A stretch of 60,586 nt of DNA from Calcarisporiella thermophila CBS 279.70. Lineage: Eukaryota > Fungi > Calcarisporiellomycota. The translations under genes and the position numbers were made by a program. The stretch spans positions 57,170 through 117,755 of the forward strand of contig NW_027192228.1 of the NCBI RefSeq assembly GCF_041956535.1, in the 5' to 3' direction. The notes beneath the pieces were generated by a model, which saw only the letters and a list, made by a program, of their open reading frames with translations, ran no database searches and had not been told where the DNA came from. This document shows, piece by piece, positions 12,774-26,519 of the stretch. Position 1 is the first letter of the stretch. Every line of letters begins with the position of its first letter.

Positions 12774-13079
12774 GAAGATATGAATTCAGCTCGATTATTA
12801 GCGTTCCCTTTTTTTAATATATTATTATCATTGTTTATACTACAAACCGCATCCATGGAGATATTTTTGAGCAATATATTTAAATAAAAAAGGAATACTA
12901 ATTAAATCCTAAGCGTGCACGACAATATGGGAAGAAAAAGAGTTTAAGATTAACAAGGAAAGTGGGTGGAAAAAAGAAGGGTAGGACAATTGAGAAGTAA
13001 ATAGTGAAATGTTGTGCTGGGCATACTTGAATACACGTTTCTCAAACCATTTAGTATCCTCTAATTTGCTCTTATCTTA

Positions 13080-15626
13080 TCACCAAGTACGAGCAGCTGC
13101 AGCCCGTACGGCTTCATCCAAATCAACGTGGAAATAGGGGGCCGTCAACTCAACAGTGGTTGTTTCCGTTGCCGCTGGAGAATCTCGATGTTGACTCTTC
13201 TCGATATCTCTTTTATCTTCGTCGTTGCTTTCTTCTGTATCCTCGCTGCGGAGAGGATTGCTGGTTGCCCCATCCGGGGATATTTCCGATGAGATGTTTT
13301 CATGACGCTTCGCAATACCGAACCCACCAGCGATCAGCGCTCGCCGCACATCACCCTCAATTATGCCGGCAAAGTGCCACTCCACCTCTCGACCTGCATA
13401 GCGATTGATCTGGGTCCTCAAATCCACCAGCACTAGCAATCCCGTCGTGTCCACGTGATGAACCCCAGAGAAATCGAGGACAAGCGCCTTGAGAACGGGG
13501 AGCTCTTCAGAGGACTGCTTGGCAAGTTTGGCAATACGCCTATGGTTTCCGGCTTCATTCCAAGGCCAATCACCTTTTTTCTCTGGCTGCTTGCCCGCGT
13601 ATCGCGTGTGTTTTTCTACATACTCCACAATTTTGTCGGCAATATAGTTGGCATTTGGATAGGTTAAAGCTTCTTCAAATCGGAATATTAACACGCCTGG
13701 GGGAGGATTCTCAATGGTAGTGGTGGCCTTAAGGGTATTGTGTTCTATCGGAACATAGAGGTTGCGTACTTGATTTGGCAAGGAGGTCGCAACAGAATCC
13801 TCTTGGGGGTGGGTTGAATCGACACGCACACGACCAAGAATATTATAACGAGGGCGAGCAACCCGGAAGAGAAGTTGTAGTAAGGAGAGAGCAATAGTGG
13901 AGTAGATACCCCACTCCACGGTCGAGAAAAGCGTTACAATGACACCAACGAAAAAGATGAAGACCTCAAATGCTGCCATAGAGGAAGAGAGTTTCGTGAA
14001 TACATTAGATAAGATATATTCTCTATCAACTCGCCCGATTGCAACTTACGATTCACCCTCCAGAACTGCTTCAATGCTTTTGGACCGACTATTAGGTCGC
14101 CCACTGCATGAATAATGACCGCTGCCAACGCGGAATTTGGAATATAGTAGAAAGCAGGTGTCAATACGAAAAGGGCTAGAATCACTACCACCCCGGAGAA
14201 GATGCCAGCAAATGGCGTTCGAACGCCAGACCTTGATTTAATGGCAGAGCGCGAAAAAGAACCTGTGGCAGGGTAAGCTGAGAAAAAGGATGCAATCATA
14301 TTGGTGACCCCGATGGCGATGAGCTCCTGGTTCGGGTTGACTTTAATGCGATTACGATGGTGAGTAGAGAAAATCAAGAGCGGAAAATTTTCTGGTTCTT
14401 ACTTTTGTATCCGTTCACACGACCGAAGGATTTGGCGATGGCTACATGCTCTAAAACCAAGATTAAAGCCGTACTTGGGATGTAGGGAGCTATACGGGAA
14501 AGCAGCTCTGTATTAATGTAGGGGACATGTACTTCTCGGAAGCCAGACGGCACGTTCTTCAATATTGAAATGGGGGGGCTAGTGGGATTATCCTTGCAAA
14601 TTCCATAGGAGATTGCTGTGTAAAAGATGACGAGCAAAACGTTGCGCGAGATGTTGAGGAAAAATAAGGGCCTTTTGAAGCGTGGATAGCTTTTTGAGAA
14701 TCGACTTGTTAGATATTGTAACAGGTATAAGAAAAATAATCCCGTCAATCCCATGGATGCATCTAGGGTGGTTCTAGGCAAAGCTTTGAGGGAGTTGATG
14801 AGAACCAGATAAGCGGCTGCGCGGGAATCCACTCCAGTTATGCCTAGCAGGGATGGTATTTGTCCGATGGAGATGGTGATGGCGGAACCGGTCATGAACC
14901 CCGCAATGGCGGGGTTGGGGATGAAATCGACAATAAACCCTAGCCGAAGGAGTCCTAGACCTGTAGAAATAATACCACACACAAGGGCTGCTGCTGTAGC
15001 GATAGCCACGTTACTAAACTCAGAGGTTACGCTTGTCACAGAGGTGACAACATGGCTAATGACAAGCGACATAACTGCGGTCGGGCCTAATTTAACAAAT
15101 TAGGAAATGAGTAAATTAATCCACAAGTATGCACGCGACTTACCGATAGTCATATCCTTGGAAGTGGCAAAGAAGCAATAGAGAAATACGCCAACAAACG
15201 ATGTGTATAGCCCGTACTCTGGGGTAAGCGTAGCAATTTTGGCATATGCCATTCCCTATGGTGGCAAGTGATTAATCGCGTGTTTTAATATTCATGGCAT
15301 ACAGATAGCAATGAATCATCGTCGTAAAGCCTTGGGGCCATGTCAATAGATAAATTGAACTTTCGAATAAGATAACTAACCTGCGGAACCACTACACAGC
15401 CGACTGTTATACCTGCAATCAAGTCCCCAATCAACCACGTTATATTGTAGTGCGGTAGCCAGTTTGCAATTGGAAATAGCTCGATCAAATAATTCAGCAA
15501 CGCTTGACCAGATAACTTAATGCCGCCCCGTAAGGTGGAAATGAGCCGATCTTTGGAGATAGGATGCCTTTGGTCGTCGAAGACAATGGCTTCACGAGTA
15601 GTGGGCAATTGTTCTGCTGAAGCCAT
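13080..15626 (-). CDS. SulP/SLC26 sulfate permease with STAS domain
   Basis: GDLIAGITVGCVVVPQ, AIAGFMTGSA, NQELIAIG, YPATGSFSRSA, and STAS motif LDFSGVHHVDTTG. Several short introns. Confidence 0.92.
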
Positions 15627-17979
15627 GGCTACTAACTACACATATAGAATCAGACCGAGCCAATTTAGTAAGAGGTGAGAAGGTATATATAAAGAGTGTA
15701 GCGAAATGGTGAAAGAGATACTCGAGTGCAAAACATTTTTGAAGGCTTAATATATGAAGAGAGGGAGAAAAGGCGGAGAACTGGAGGGTGGCAAAAGTTA
15801 ATATTTTCACAACTGTTTTACTTATTGCGTGATCGGTTCAAAGTATTGTGCTAAATTCAAATGGCCGAGATAGTATTTCAGCCAATTTCGAGACCTGCCT
15901 ATGATGTGTCAATTTGGTTATCAACTTGCATGCTTTCCAATCTCTTTTATTTTCCCGTAAACAAAACAGAAAACAATTGCGCAAACTTCAAACTAAGTTG
16001 CGATTATCGTGGCTATTGTAACTGTTGGAATCAGCTTTGTGGAGACTATTCGAATCGTTTGCCTGCCAGTTTGTGGACCAACCTGATCTTGTGATGAAAT
16101 GTTATCCAAATTCAAGCTGAATTAATATGAGTTCAGTTGGGATTGGACCGGCAAAGGAATTTGGATAAATGAGTAAACCAAATATAGAATGCATCAAGCC
16201 ACGCTGATGCTTTGACTTACCTTTTCAACCTTTGTTGGGAAGGTCTATACTCGATAGCTGAGGAAACTCTGGAATCAGTTTAGCATTTCACATTGGTAAC
16301 TGGTTCGTTTCTCTTATTTCCATAGGTGCGTTTTCCCGAGTTAACTCATCATACGCGATTTGACGGTTATTTCAGAAGCCTTTCGGCCATGTAAAACACG
16401 GGCGTTTGTTGAGAAATTAAGATACATTCGTATTATGCAAATAAAAGCGTGCGGGCTACATAAAAAACTCAGTGGCGTATGGCCAAGCCTACACAGAGAT
16501 CCGCAATAGTATCTCTCTAGAAGTTGCAATATATTTTACCAACATTATTACCTTAAAATATTCTGGTTGTTTTTTATTACTCTAATAATACCTTGTTTTC
16601 GCAAGCTTCTGCTAGATCCAACAATAGCTCCACTTCCGTTATACTTTCAGCGTTATGGTTTTAATTTAAAAACAAAAATGACATTAGCTATCAGAACCGT
16701 TTCTGAAATTTTTAAAATTAACTTAAATTACTAAAAGCAAGCAAATCATTTTTAACATGCTTTGAGATATTCAAATTGAAAGTATCCTTGTCGTACCATT
16801 TTTGTCATTGAACTCCTGGTGAATCTCTCCAAAGGTTACATGATGAAGAAGGTAAATATGGTGAATAATCTCAGTTGGGCGTGGCAGAGTATAATACTTT
16901 ATACACAATTAATAATATTAACTTAGGCATATAAGCCAATAAACAGATTCTTCGGTTGGCATATATTTCAAGTTTATTCACGATGGAAATACTAGGTATT
17001 TGCTCCTGGGGATTGTGAGCATGAATATAGTATGCAGGTCAGAATACAACACTTGAGGTGCTAGACAATGGAATGGGCTACATATATGAGGAGATTTAAC
17101 TTGTTCACTTTCATTTTCCGTATTAGAGATATCACATAGTATACAACAAACTATTTTTTTTTTTTCAGTATTATGCTTCATCTAGCCTGCTTCACTGAGT
17201 ATCGATTCAAGACTAAGTTACAGGTTGACACTACTGCTGCTTATTAAGAAAATATAGAAAGTATTACTGAATTATGAGAGCTTCAAAAGTAGGCAGGCGG
17301 CAGTTAAATCAAATAAGCTACAGAATGAGAGAATTGCTCAATCAGCCTTTCTATAGTACTCAAAGGCATGGCCGAGCATCTGGGTTATTTCCTAAAGAGT
17401 ACCTTATTAGACATAAGTCAAAAAGGAGGTAACGAAGAGTTGATTGGTAATGGGGGACGGAGATTTCCTAACCATATCTTGCTCGCTCTCACCTAAGCTT
17501 ATTACTCTGTATATTATTTCCGTAGGTTGCAACACGCTCTCTAATGGAAATCTCATAAACAAGCTGGCAGGCTCTACCGAGAAAAGGGCACCGGGCACCT
17601 CTACTCCAGTCGTGCCCACGGTTCAGTCAGCGTTTTTGTTTGGGGTTCAGAAGGGATAGACAGAGCTCAAGTCATGAGCCGGAAAAACTCGTGGGGTGCT
17701 GAGATGTGGGGACAGTGGACATTGGCAGCCAGCCACCATATACCCAATAACATGGCTCCTGTGAAAACTAAGCATGCATTATGCTGCTTCCTTAAATAGT
17801 CATCTGATATTTTTAATTCAATTCGGCCTTAAGCGGGAATGCATTAAGCAATTATCCCGCCACTATCCCGAAAATGCTTTTTCTATCAAATTGCAGCAAT
17901 TTTAAAAACATAGTCCCATGAGACTTTCATTTTGGACTTCCACACATGTCTAAGCACTCGTGAGAATTTCCATCGAACC

Positions 17980-20900
17980 ATGTCTACCAATTCACGCCCG
18001 GATACCTTGGCATCCTCACGTCAGTTACCCAAAGTAAATAGCCTACAACAACAACATCAGCGTCCCTTCACTCCAGACTTGAATCCACCGCGAGAACGTC
18101 GTGGCTCACAGCCTCTGGCTTCTACTTCCAATGGGAGCAGAAGTGGGAGTCCAGCGCTTACCTCACCCCGATCTATCCCACCCTCTCTTACCAACAGCGA
18201 TGTAGAAGGCAGTCCCAAGATGGCATCTGGTAAAAAGCATCCGAAAGATCTCCTTAATGTCGTGAGCGGAGTGGTCTCTAATCGCCATGGGAGTGTATTG
18301 ACTCGTGGGAATATACTGAAGGCCGATCACTTTCCGTCTGGTAAATTTATATCCGGATTTGTTGTCATCATCTGCTTCTAACACCTATTGTCCTGCTCGG
18401 CTGTAGGAAGGAATCCACATCTTGATTTTCACCTGCAAGGAGCCCCGAATTTCCGTATGGTTGATCTAAATGTGTTTGGCGTTGCTCAGCCAACTGTATG
18501 AATAATGGGTGCTCTTCTTCTAGAGGATAATAGGATGCTTACTTTACGTGGATTGATTTCTAGACACTCGGCCTCTCTACTATCCTAGCTGTGCTCAACT
18601 GTCATCCAAAATCGTCTGGGTCAGCACGATGCGTGTGGGTATCGACCCGCGAAGAACCTCTGGGTAAGCATCACAAATACACTTGGTCGCCCTTGTCAAT
18701 TGATATTTATCTGATTGATTTGATTAGTCTATCTCAATGGCAGCCCCTACGTCTTGCGTGACGCATCAGCCCCTTTTCAGAACCTCCGCATCTACTCGGG
18801 CATTTCCGCGTCACGGCTTGAGATGATGGAGGAGCGCCTCAAGGCAGACATTATCAAGGAAACAAAGCGCATGGGCGGTCTTTTGCTGGTACACGACGAG
18901 CTTGATGATGGTTCCGTCGTGCCTTGCTGGATTGCTGCGGACACCGTGCAATCTCCACGAGAAGTTTTTACCTCTTTCCAGGAACAAGGCTATAAAGTAA
19001 GATACGCTCGGATTCCAATTTCACCGGATCAGGCCCCAGAAGACAATTATTTGGACGAATACGTAAATGTGATCAAGGAGCTGCCACCTACGGATCCTCT
19101 GATTTTCAATTGTGGGATGGGAGTGGTTCGAAGTAAGTGTTTGGAGTAACGAGCCCGAGGATTTATTTCTTATTTTATTATTGCATCGAATAGCAACCTT
19201 CGGCATGGTGGTCGCTCTACTTATTCGCCGTGCACAGCTTATCTCACAGGGCCAGCCAGATCCGTTCCCAATACCAGGTTATATATCCGGAGATATAACT
19301 ATCCCAGGTCTAGAAGAGGCAGAAGAGTTACGCATGCAAAACCGGTCGATCTTGCGACTGGTATACGTCTTGGAGCAGGGTAAGGATAATTGAGCCTGAG
19401 GACGACGTTCTATTCTTTGTTGAATGGGTGACATTAAAATTTTATAATAATAAATTTCTTAGGCCTGAAGAGTAAGATGTCTCCTCGCTCGGCTATCGAG
19501 TGGGCACTTGCCCGTGGACCCCTCATTGATAGCCTGAAGAATGCGATACAAGGCAACTACCTCTGTATTCTTGGGCTAGCCAGTGTACTCGACAGCGGTA
19601 CCTACAGTAAGAAACTTCTAGACGCACTTATCAATCGATGCGATGCAGTCGTCAACTTACGTGAAATTATCCTGATGCACCGTGTTCGCTATACCGTATC
19701 GAGCGAAGAGTCTGCCAGCCACTTGCAACGTGCCCGTGGAGCATTGGAGCGATACTTCTTCTTGTTATGCTTTGCGGCCTATGTAAACGAATCGAGTTCG
19801 GCGAAGTTCGAGATCAGTTTTTCGCGGTGGTTAGAACAGCGGGCTGAGATTAGAAGCATGTTGGAAAATTTACGCAAGCGGGCGCAGTTATACCTCTTTA
19901 GACCGGTGGACGATTTGTCATTGTTCAGCGGTGGACCGATGGAGGAGGACGACGCAACAGGCGTGGCCGGCTTCGGGAAAATGATGCGAGTTGGGAAGCA
20001 GCTTGGCAATGAGTTGGAGTTGCATGTCACGCAAAATCGCAGCGGCATCGTCCTTGGGCCACACACTATCCTCAAGATAGATCAATGGACCAGTAACAAA
20101 CAGGCCCGCAACCATGTAGAGGACTCGTCGGGCCGACAAGCGGGCTCCATTTCCGGCGGAATGGATATCGAGGGGGCCTATAATTTCCGGCGGGTGGCTG
20201 GAACGCATATATATGGAGTTGCACAGCCTACCTATCAGGGCATCAAAAATGTGGTTGAGCTTATCAGAGAGGAGCAGCCGGGACTCTCTCAAGTGCTTTG
20301 GATCAATCTGCGCGAGGAGCCGATCATTTATATTAATGGCGTGCCCTATGTCCTTAGAGACAAATATTTCACCCTGAGAAACCTCAGGAGCTATGCAGGG
20401 ATCACATCTCAGCGCCTAGAGCTTCTGGAAACTCGCCTTAAGGAGGATGTGGTTTCGGAGCTGGAGTACTATGGGGACAAATTATTACTGCACTCGGAGA
20501 CGCCAGACGGAAAAATCGAGCCGGTGTGGGAGGAAGTCACGGCGAAGTACGTGCAGACCATCAAGGAGGTCATGGAGGAGGTGGGTGGCGCGGAAATCGA
20601 TTACCACCGCGTCCCTGTCACCGCCGAGGCTTCGCCCGAGTTGAAGGATTTCCAGGCTCTAATCTCATTGCTGTCGCGTGTAGATTGGAAGCGGACGGCC
20701 ATTGTGGTTAACTGCCAGGTGGGGCTGGGTCGTTCCACAACAGGCACTGTGATTTGCTCGCTGATCGAGCGCTGGCTCTCCCTTTCTCGGACGGCTACGA
20801 CTCCCTACACCGAACCCTCCTCTCCATTCTATTCGAGTGGCGGACGCTCTCGCCGCCTTTCTCGGTCATCCTCTGTTTCTTCTCTCGACTACAACTATCA

Positions 20901-22842
20901 CCCGGTGCCCCGACCCCCCACTAACAACTACCAGATCATTCACGCATTGCTCCGCGTCATTCGCAATGGTCTCGAGTGCAAAAACGTCGTGGACGAAACC
21001 ATCGACAATTGTGCCCCATGCCTCAACCTGCGTGATACTATTGAGACTTTCCGAGTCCAGGCGGAGAATGCCTCGGACCCCGCCCAGAAAAAACAAGCCA
21101 TCAAGCGGGGCGTGGCCTCTCTGGAGCGATATTTCTTGCTGGTTGCATTTGCCGCCTACTTGGACGAAACACCCGCCGATACGGTCACGGACCTAGAGAG
21201 CTTCTCCGGATGGATGGATCGACACCAGGAGCTCTCGACTCTGCTGAACGAGCTGCAACGCAGCGGGTTGGATGCGCTCGTGCCGGTTGAGAAGATTGCT
21301 CCAGGAGACGGTGTTGCATTGTCAAGCGAGGTTATAGAGGTGGTGCAGGAGCGTAGAGGGGCTGTCTTGGCACAGGGAACCATATTGAAACACGATGCTT
21401 TCCCCGGGTGCCAGAAGATGTCATTGCCCGAGAAAATCGAAGGCGCACCCAACTACAGGCGGGTGCCTTTCGCAAGTATCGCCGACCTAACCTATCCTGA
21501 CGAGGCCCACGGGGAAGAAATGGGATCCAGTGTGATGGGATGCGCCATGCCCACTAAAGATGGAATGCGGCTTTTGTTAACTAGGGCGTCTGCGGCCCCA
21601 CAAAGCGAGAGCGGAGAAAGCGGGCGACGGATTGTGTGGACCTCACTAAGAGAGGAGCCTGTCCTCTACGTAAACAAGCGTCCTTTCGTGCTTAGACTCT
21701 TCCAGGTGACTATCCCTATTCCACCGGAAATCTTTCCCTAGGTTTCGGTTTACTGAGATATTTCCCTTTAGGATCCTGTGCGCAACCTCATATTCACCGG
21801 TATTGCTCAAGAGAGGGTGGAGCTTATGGAGGTCCGGATGAAGGAAGACGTGCTGAACGAAATTAAGAAGTATGGGGGCAGAGTGTTGCTACACGATGAG
21901 GAATTGCTCCCCCAGGGTGGCTTTTCGGTAATACCGGTGTGGGAGACGGTGCTTGAGCGCGACGTTCAAACGCCCGCAGAGGTATTTAGCGAGTTTATTG
22001 CAGAGGGATACAGAGTTTCTTATGCCCGAATTCCAATGTAAGTGCTCTCTTTTACCTCTCAAGCACTTCCTTGAAAGGGGAGAGGGTCGTTTCAGTAGCA
22101 GAATTCGGTATGGAAATTAAACAAATGTATTTTATGCAGCACCGATGAGCAAGCTCCCATTCCGTTAGTATTCGACCAGTTGGTGGAGAGGATCAAGGGT
22201 TTGGGGAAGGGGGATGACGTGCTTTTCAATTGTCAGATGGGGTAAAGATCTGTGCGAGATTATGAGTATAATCCTTCGAATACTAAGCTGGCTATTTTGG
22301 CGTGGATTTGTAGACGCGGAAGAACCACGACAGGCATGGTCATCGCCTGCCTCATGAATATGATCCTTAATCATGATACCGACGTCTACAGCCTTACGAC
22401 CTCTACTCCCGCCGATCGGCGCCTTCCCATTACGCCCGGTGGCACTGAAGAGTCTGACCCAACCCGGGAGGAGGACGATTCCCTGCGCTACCTACAGGGA
22501 GAATACAAGCTAATTCTTCAGGTTGTTTCCGTTTTGACGTATGGAAAACTGGCGAAGCGCTTGACAGACATTGCAATCGATGCCTGCCACCACATGCAGA
22601 ATTTACGCGAGGCCATATACGATTTCCTGTTGCGTGTGGAGAGCACCCCGCCGGGACCGAAGCAGGAGGCGCTACGAGAGGTCGGGCTGAATTACCTCAT
22701 TCGATACTTCTATTTGATTGTGTTTGCCGATTATTTGTTGGAGGAGGTTCGCTCGGGCGGCAGTTTGCGTTTCAGCGAATGGCTCAAAGGGCGACGTGAA
22801 ATAACGCACATTTGCCGGGCGCCCAACCAGGAACTCTGCTAA
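17980..22842 (+). CDS. Paladin-like protein with three tandem PTP-like (inositol phosphate phosphatase/phytase-like) repeats
   Basis: Three repeats of GAPN(F/Y)R / GAYNFR, (W)xxLREEP and CX5R loops (CGMGVVR, CQVGLGR, CQMG|RGR). Repeated LERYF/LIRYF motifs. Several GT-AG introns. Confidence 0.88.
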
Positions 22843-23332
22843 TCATGGACTTTTTGCATCGAGAGCTCGGTTCAACAATAGACCATGGGTCGTGGCTGTT
22901 TACGTTTATTCCTATTGTCTTAGGTTATTATGAGGATAGGGGGTAGTAGTGGTAGAAGTCCTATCAAGTATAAATAATAGAGGCAATTTTCATACCGTTT
23001 CAATAAATTTAACATGGATAGAACAATGACCGAGAATAGGCTGAAAAGAGAAGCGTCAAAGAACTTTGATATACAAATATACAAGGGCTCCAATCTGACT
23101 CGATGAATATTTACAAAATAATCGTCATCGCCCTACTTCCCCGACACTGCTCTTGTAGTATGTGTTGAAGATAAGCTATGCAGTTACTCCGAGAAAAATT
23201 AAAGTGTAATTTGTTACTCACTCTTGATACTATCCGACACTGAGTGGCTTAGCCATTTATGACAAATCCAAAAAGAGTTTCGATCATATAAGCTCGCCTC
23301 GAAATTCACTCGTTGATTCATAAATCTTGAGC

Positions 23333-24250
23333 ATGACAGATACATCCAATAATCTCTCCTCTATAAAGCACATAATCTTGGTGCTCTCGGGAAAAGGAGG
23401 CGTTGGTAAATCTTCAGTCACCGCCCAGCTTGCACTTTCTCTCAATGCCATGGGAAAGCGTGTCGGGGTTCTCGACATAGATCTCACCGGCCCGAGCATG
23501 CCCCGCGTCCTGGGTCTCGAGGGAAAACAGGTGCATCAGGCCTCCGGTGGGTGGATCCCGGTGTATGCAGACGAGGAGAAGCGGCTCTGCTGCATGTCTA
23601 TTGGATTTTTGTTGACAAATAAGGACGATTCAGTAGTATGGAGGGGGCCGAAGAAGAATGGTAATATTGGACGTAGATTTGGTCAAGATCGAGTGCTAAT
23701 GGTATTGATGTAACAGCCATGATCAGGCAATTTCTGACGGATGTCTGCTGGGGCGATCTTGACTACCTGCTTATCGACACACCGCCCGGCACGTCCGACG
23801 AACACATTGCTATTGTTGAAAACTTGCGTGAATACAACCCCGATGGAGCTGTGCTCGTAACTACACCTCAGGTATGTGTTCTGATGCTCTCTCTCTCTTG
23901 CTACTAGCTGCTTAGAGTTGCACTCACCTTAGGGCGTTGCGCTCTCGGACGTCCGCAAAGAATTATCTTTTTGTCGGAAGGTTCAGCTCCCGGTTCTGGG
24001 GGTAATCGAGAACATGAGTGGCTACATCTGCCCCCACTGCGAGGAGTGCACAAACATCTTCTCCACGGGGGGGGGAGAGGCCATGGCGCAGGAATTTGGC
24101 ATCCAATTCCTGGGAAGAATACCCATCGACCCCGTGTTAGTCAGTATGATGGACAATACCGGGGAGAATTCGCTCCTCAAAACATTTGGTGATAGCGCAC
24201 TAGCACCCTTGTTCAGAAAGGTCGTTGACCGGCTTGTGGAGGCATCATGA
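23333..24250 (+). CDS. CFD1: Cytosolic Fe-S cluster assembly P-loop NTPase Cfd1/NUBP2
   Basis: [46 protein letters not shown]. It lacks the N-terminal 4-Cys extension of Nbp35. Confidence 0.92.
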
Positions 24251-24462
24251 GTTTATACCAACTGTCTGTACTCTTTCTTCCATGTCTACAGTAAATAATA
24301 ATCTATATTTTTATGAAATAAAGCATTCCTACAACACAATCCCTCTCCCTCCCCTCCCAATAAGTGAATAGGCTGGAAAACTAGAAGAGTCCTGCGAGAA
24401 ATAGTAGCAATAGAGAGAATAAATAGATAATGCGAAGTCCAGCAATTCAATCCTTAGCGCCG

Positions 24463-26223
24463 TTAGTGTTTTCTGATCTCGGTAAAGGTCTCCTTCACAG
24501 CGTCCATAAAGTCTGTCGTGTTCAAGTAGTGCTCCCGTTTAAGCTTGCGACCATGGATGGCAAGGGCCAGATCTTTCGTCATCAATCCCCGGGTGTCCAC
24601 TGTCTCGATACATGCCCGCTCAAGCTGATCAGCAAATTGACCAAGCTCTTTGTTCCCGTCCAGTCGCGCACGATGGGCAAGCCCTCGCGTCCACGCGAAA
24701 ATGCTGGCAATCGGGTTGGTGCTGGTCTCGTTTCCTTTTTGGTGCTCACGGAAGTGGCGGGTGACCGTGCCGTGGGCGGCCTCGGCCTCCATGGTCTTGC
24801 CATCGGGGGTGAGAAGAACCGAGGTCATTAGTCCAAGCGATCCGTAGCCTTGGGCAACGATGTCGGATTGCACATCGCCGTCGTAGTTCTTCGTCGCCCA
24901 AACGAAGTTTCCGTGTGACTTCAACGCTTGCGCAACCATGTCATCGATGAGACGATGCTCGTACCACAGATTCTTGGCCTCGAAATCTTTTTTGTACTCG
25001 CTACATATGCACATAGAGTGGCCAAAGGATGTTTAGCGATTGGAGTTCTTCCGCACCCCCATGAAGAGTACCCTTACCTCTCGTAAATTTCCTGGAATAT
25101 GTCCTTGAACCGCCCGTCATACTTCTTCAAAATGGTATTCTTCGTGCTGAGGTATAGCGGCATTCCCCGGGAAAGGGCCAGGCGGAAGCACGAGTGGGCA
25201 AAGCCGCTAATGGACTCGTCGGTGTTGTACATGCCCAAGGCAACCCCCCTGTCCTTGAATTCATAGATCTGGTGCGTCTGGGGGGCGCCATCCTTGGGAG
25301 TGAAGATAAGTTCCAACTTGCCGGGCTGATCGATGACAATATCGGTCGCACGATACTATCCAAATACCATCCAATGTTCCCAATGAGGCTCTCCCATACT
25401 GTGTTTATGCAATTGTACATACCTGATCTCCAAAAGCATGACGTCCAATAATAATAGGATTCTCCCATCCTGGAATGATACGGGGGATGCGACGCAAGAT
25501 AATGGGCTCACGGAACACAGTTCCATTAAGGATGTTTCGAATGGTGCCGTTGGGGGATCGATACATCTTCTTCAGGTTGAACTCTATAGTAGTGTAGGGC
25601 TGGTCAGTTTTCATTTTATCTCGAAGGAGCTATTCAAGAGGAGTGTAGAACCTTTGACGCGCGCCTCGTCAGGTGTAATGGTAGCACATTTGATGCCGAC
25701 GTTGTATTTCTTAATAGCCTCTGCTGCATCGATGGTCACTTGATCGTTTGTCTATGCGGGGAAAGAGGGAAGAGGGCAGAATATATCACCTATGATTAAG
25801 ATTCCTCTCAGCTTTCTCGCATTCCAAATGGCTGCTTACCGCATCACGGTGGGTAATCCCCAAGTCATAGTATTTGACATCCAATTTAACATAAGGAAAA
25901 ATGAGCTAATATTCCGTAATTTATCAGAAATCGAATCGCATTAGAGGGCAGAACATCAATGATAGTGATATACCCGTTCTTTTATCATTTGCCAAATGAT
26001 CCTTGTCATTTCATCTCCATCCAGATCAACAACCGGGTTTTCTACCGCAATGCGGTTGTCCGTTGAGTCTATTGAATAGAAATGGAAATACACATCAGCA
26101 CTGAGGGAGTTAAAAGGAGAGGGGAAAATGTTCCCACGTACATGCACGATACGTAGCTGAGCGCAGAGCAAGGTGGGAAAGAGCTCTGGGGGCAGCAAGC
26201 TGCGATTTCAGGACGGAGAACAT
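24463..26223 (-). CDS. IDP1: NADP-dependent isocitrate dehydrogenase, mitochondrial presequence
   Basis: Presequence [27 protein letters not shown]. Motifs [58 protein letters not shown]. Confidence 0.93.
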
Positions 26224-26519
26224 GATTGATGCGTGCAAAAGATGCCTTTGGCTTGAGACAAGTTTATCGAGAGGTTAGCTAGCCTTCAGAGGATAAAAAG
26301 GAGGCCGAGCGTTTTTCGAAACTTCATAAAGCGTAATTTTCTAAGCAACGTGATTCATTATTTTTAAGTTCAATCGACTATTCCCCAATTATCCCCGTCC
26401 GAGAGGATATCTAAATTAATCACATTCCCTTTTTTAACACGACGTATATAACCTCTCGAACCCTGTTCGCCCCAGGTTATTGCTTGGTTTTGTGTAAAAG
26501 AATTTTGCAAGCGTTCATA

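Noticed and set aside
16094-16173. SECIS-like ATGA-N11-AA...GA pattern
   Set aside because: The apical region is too large, the adenines would be paired, and it is not in the 3' UTR of any gene with an in-frame TGA.
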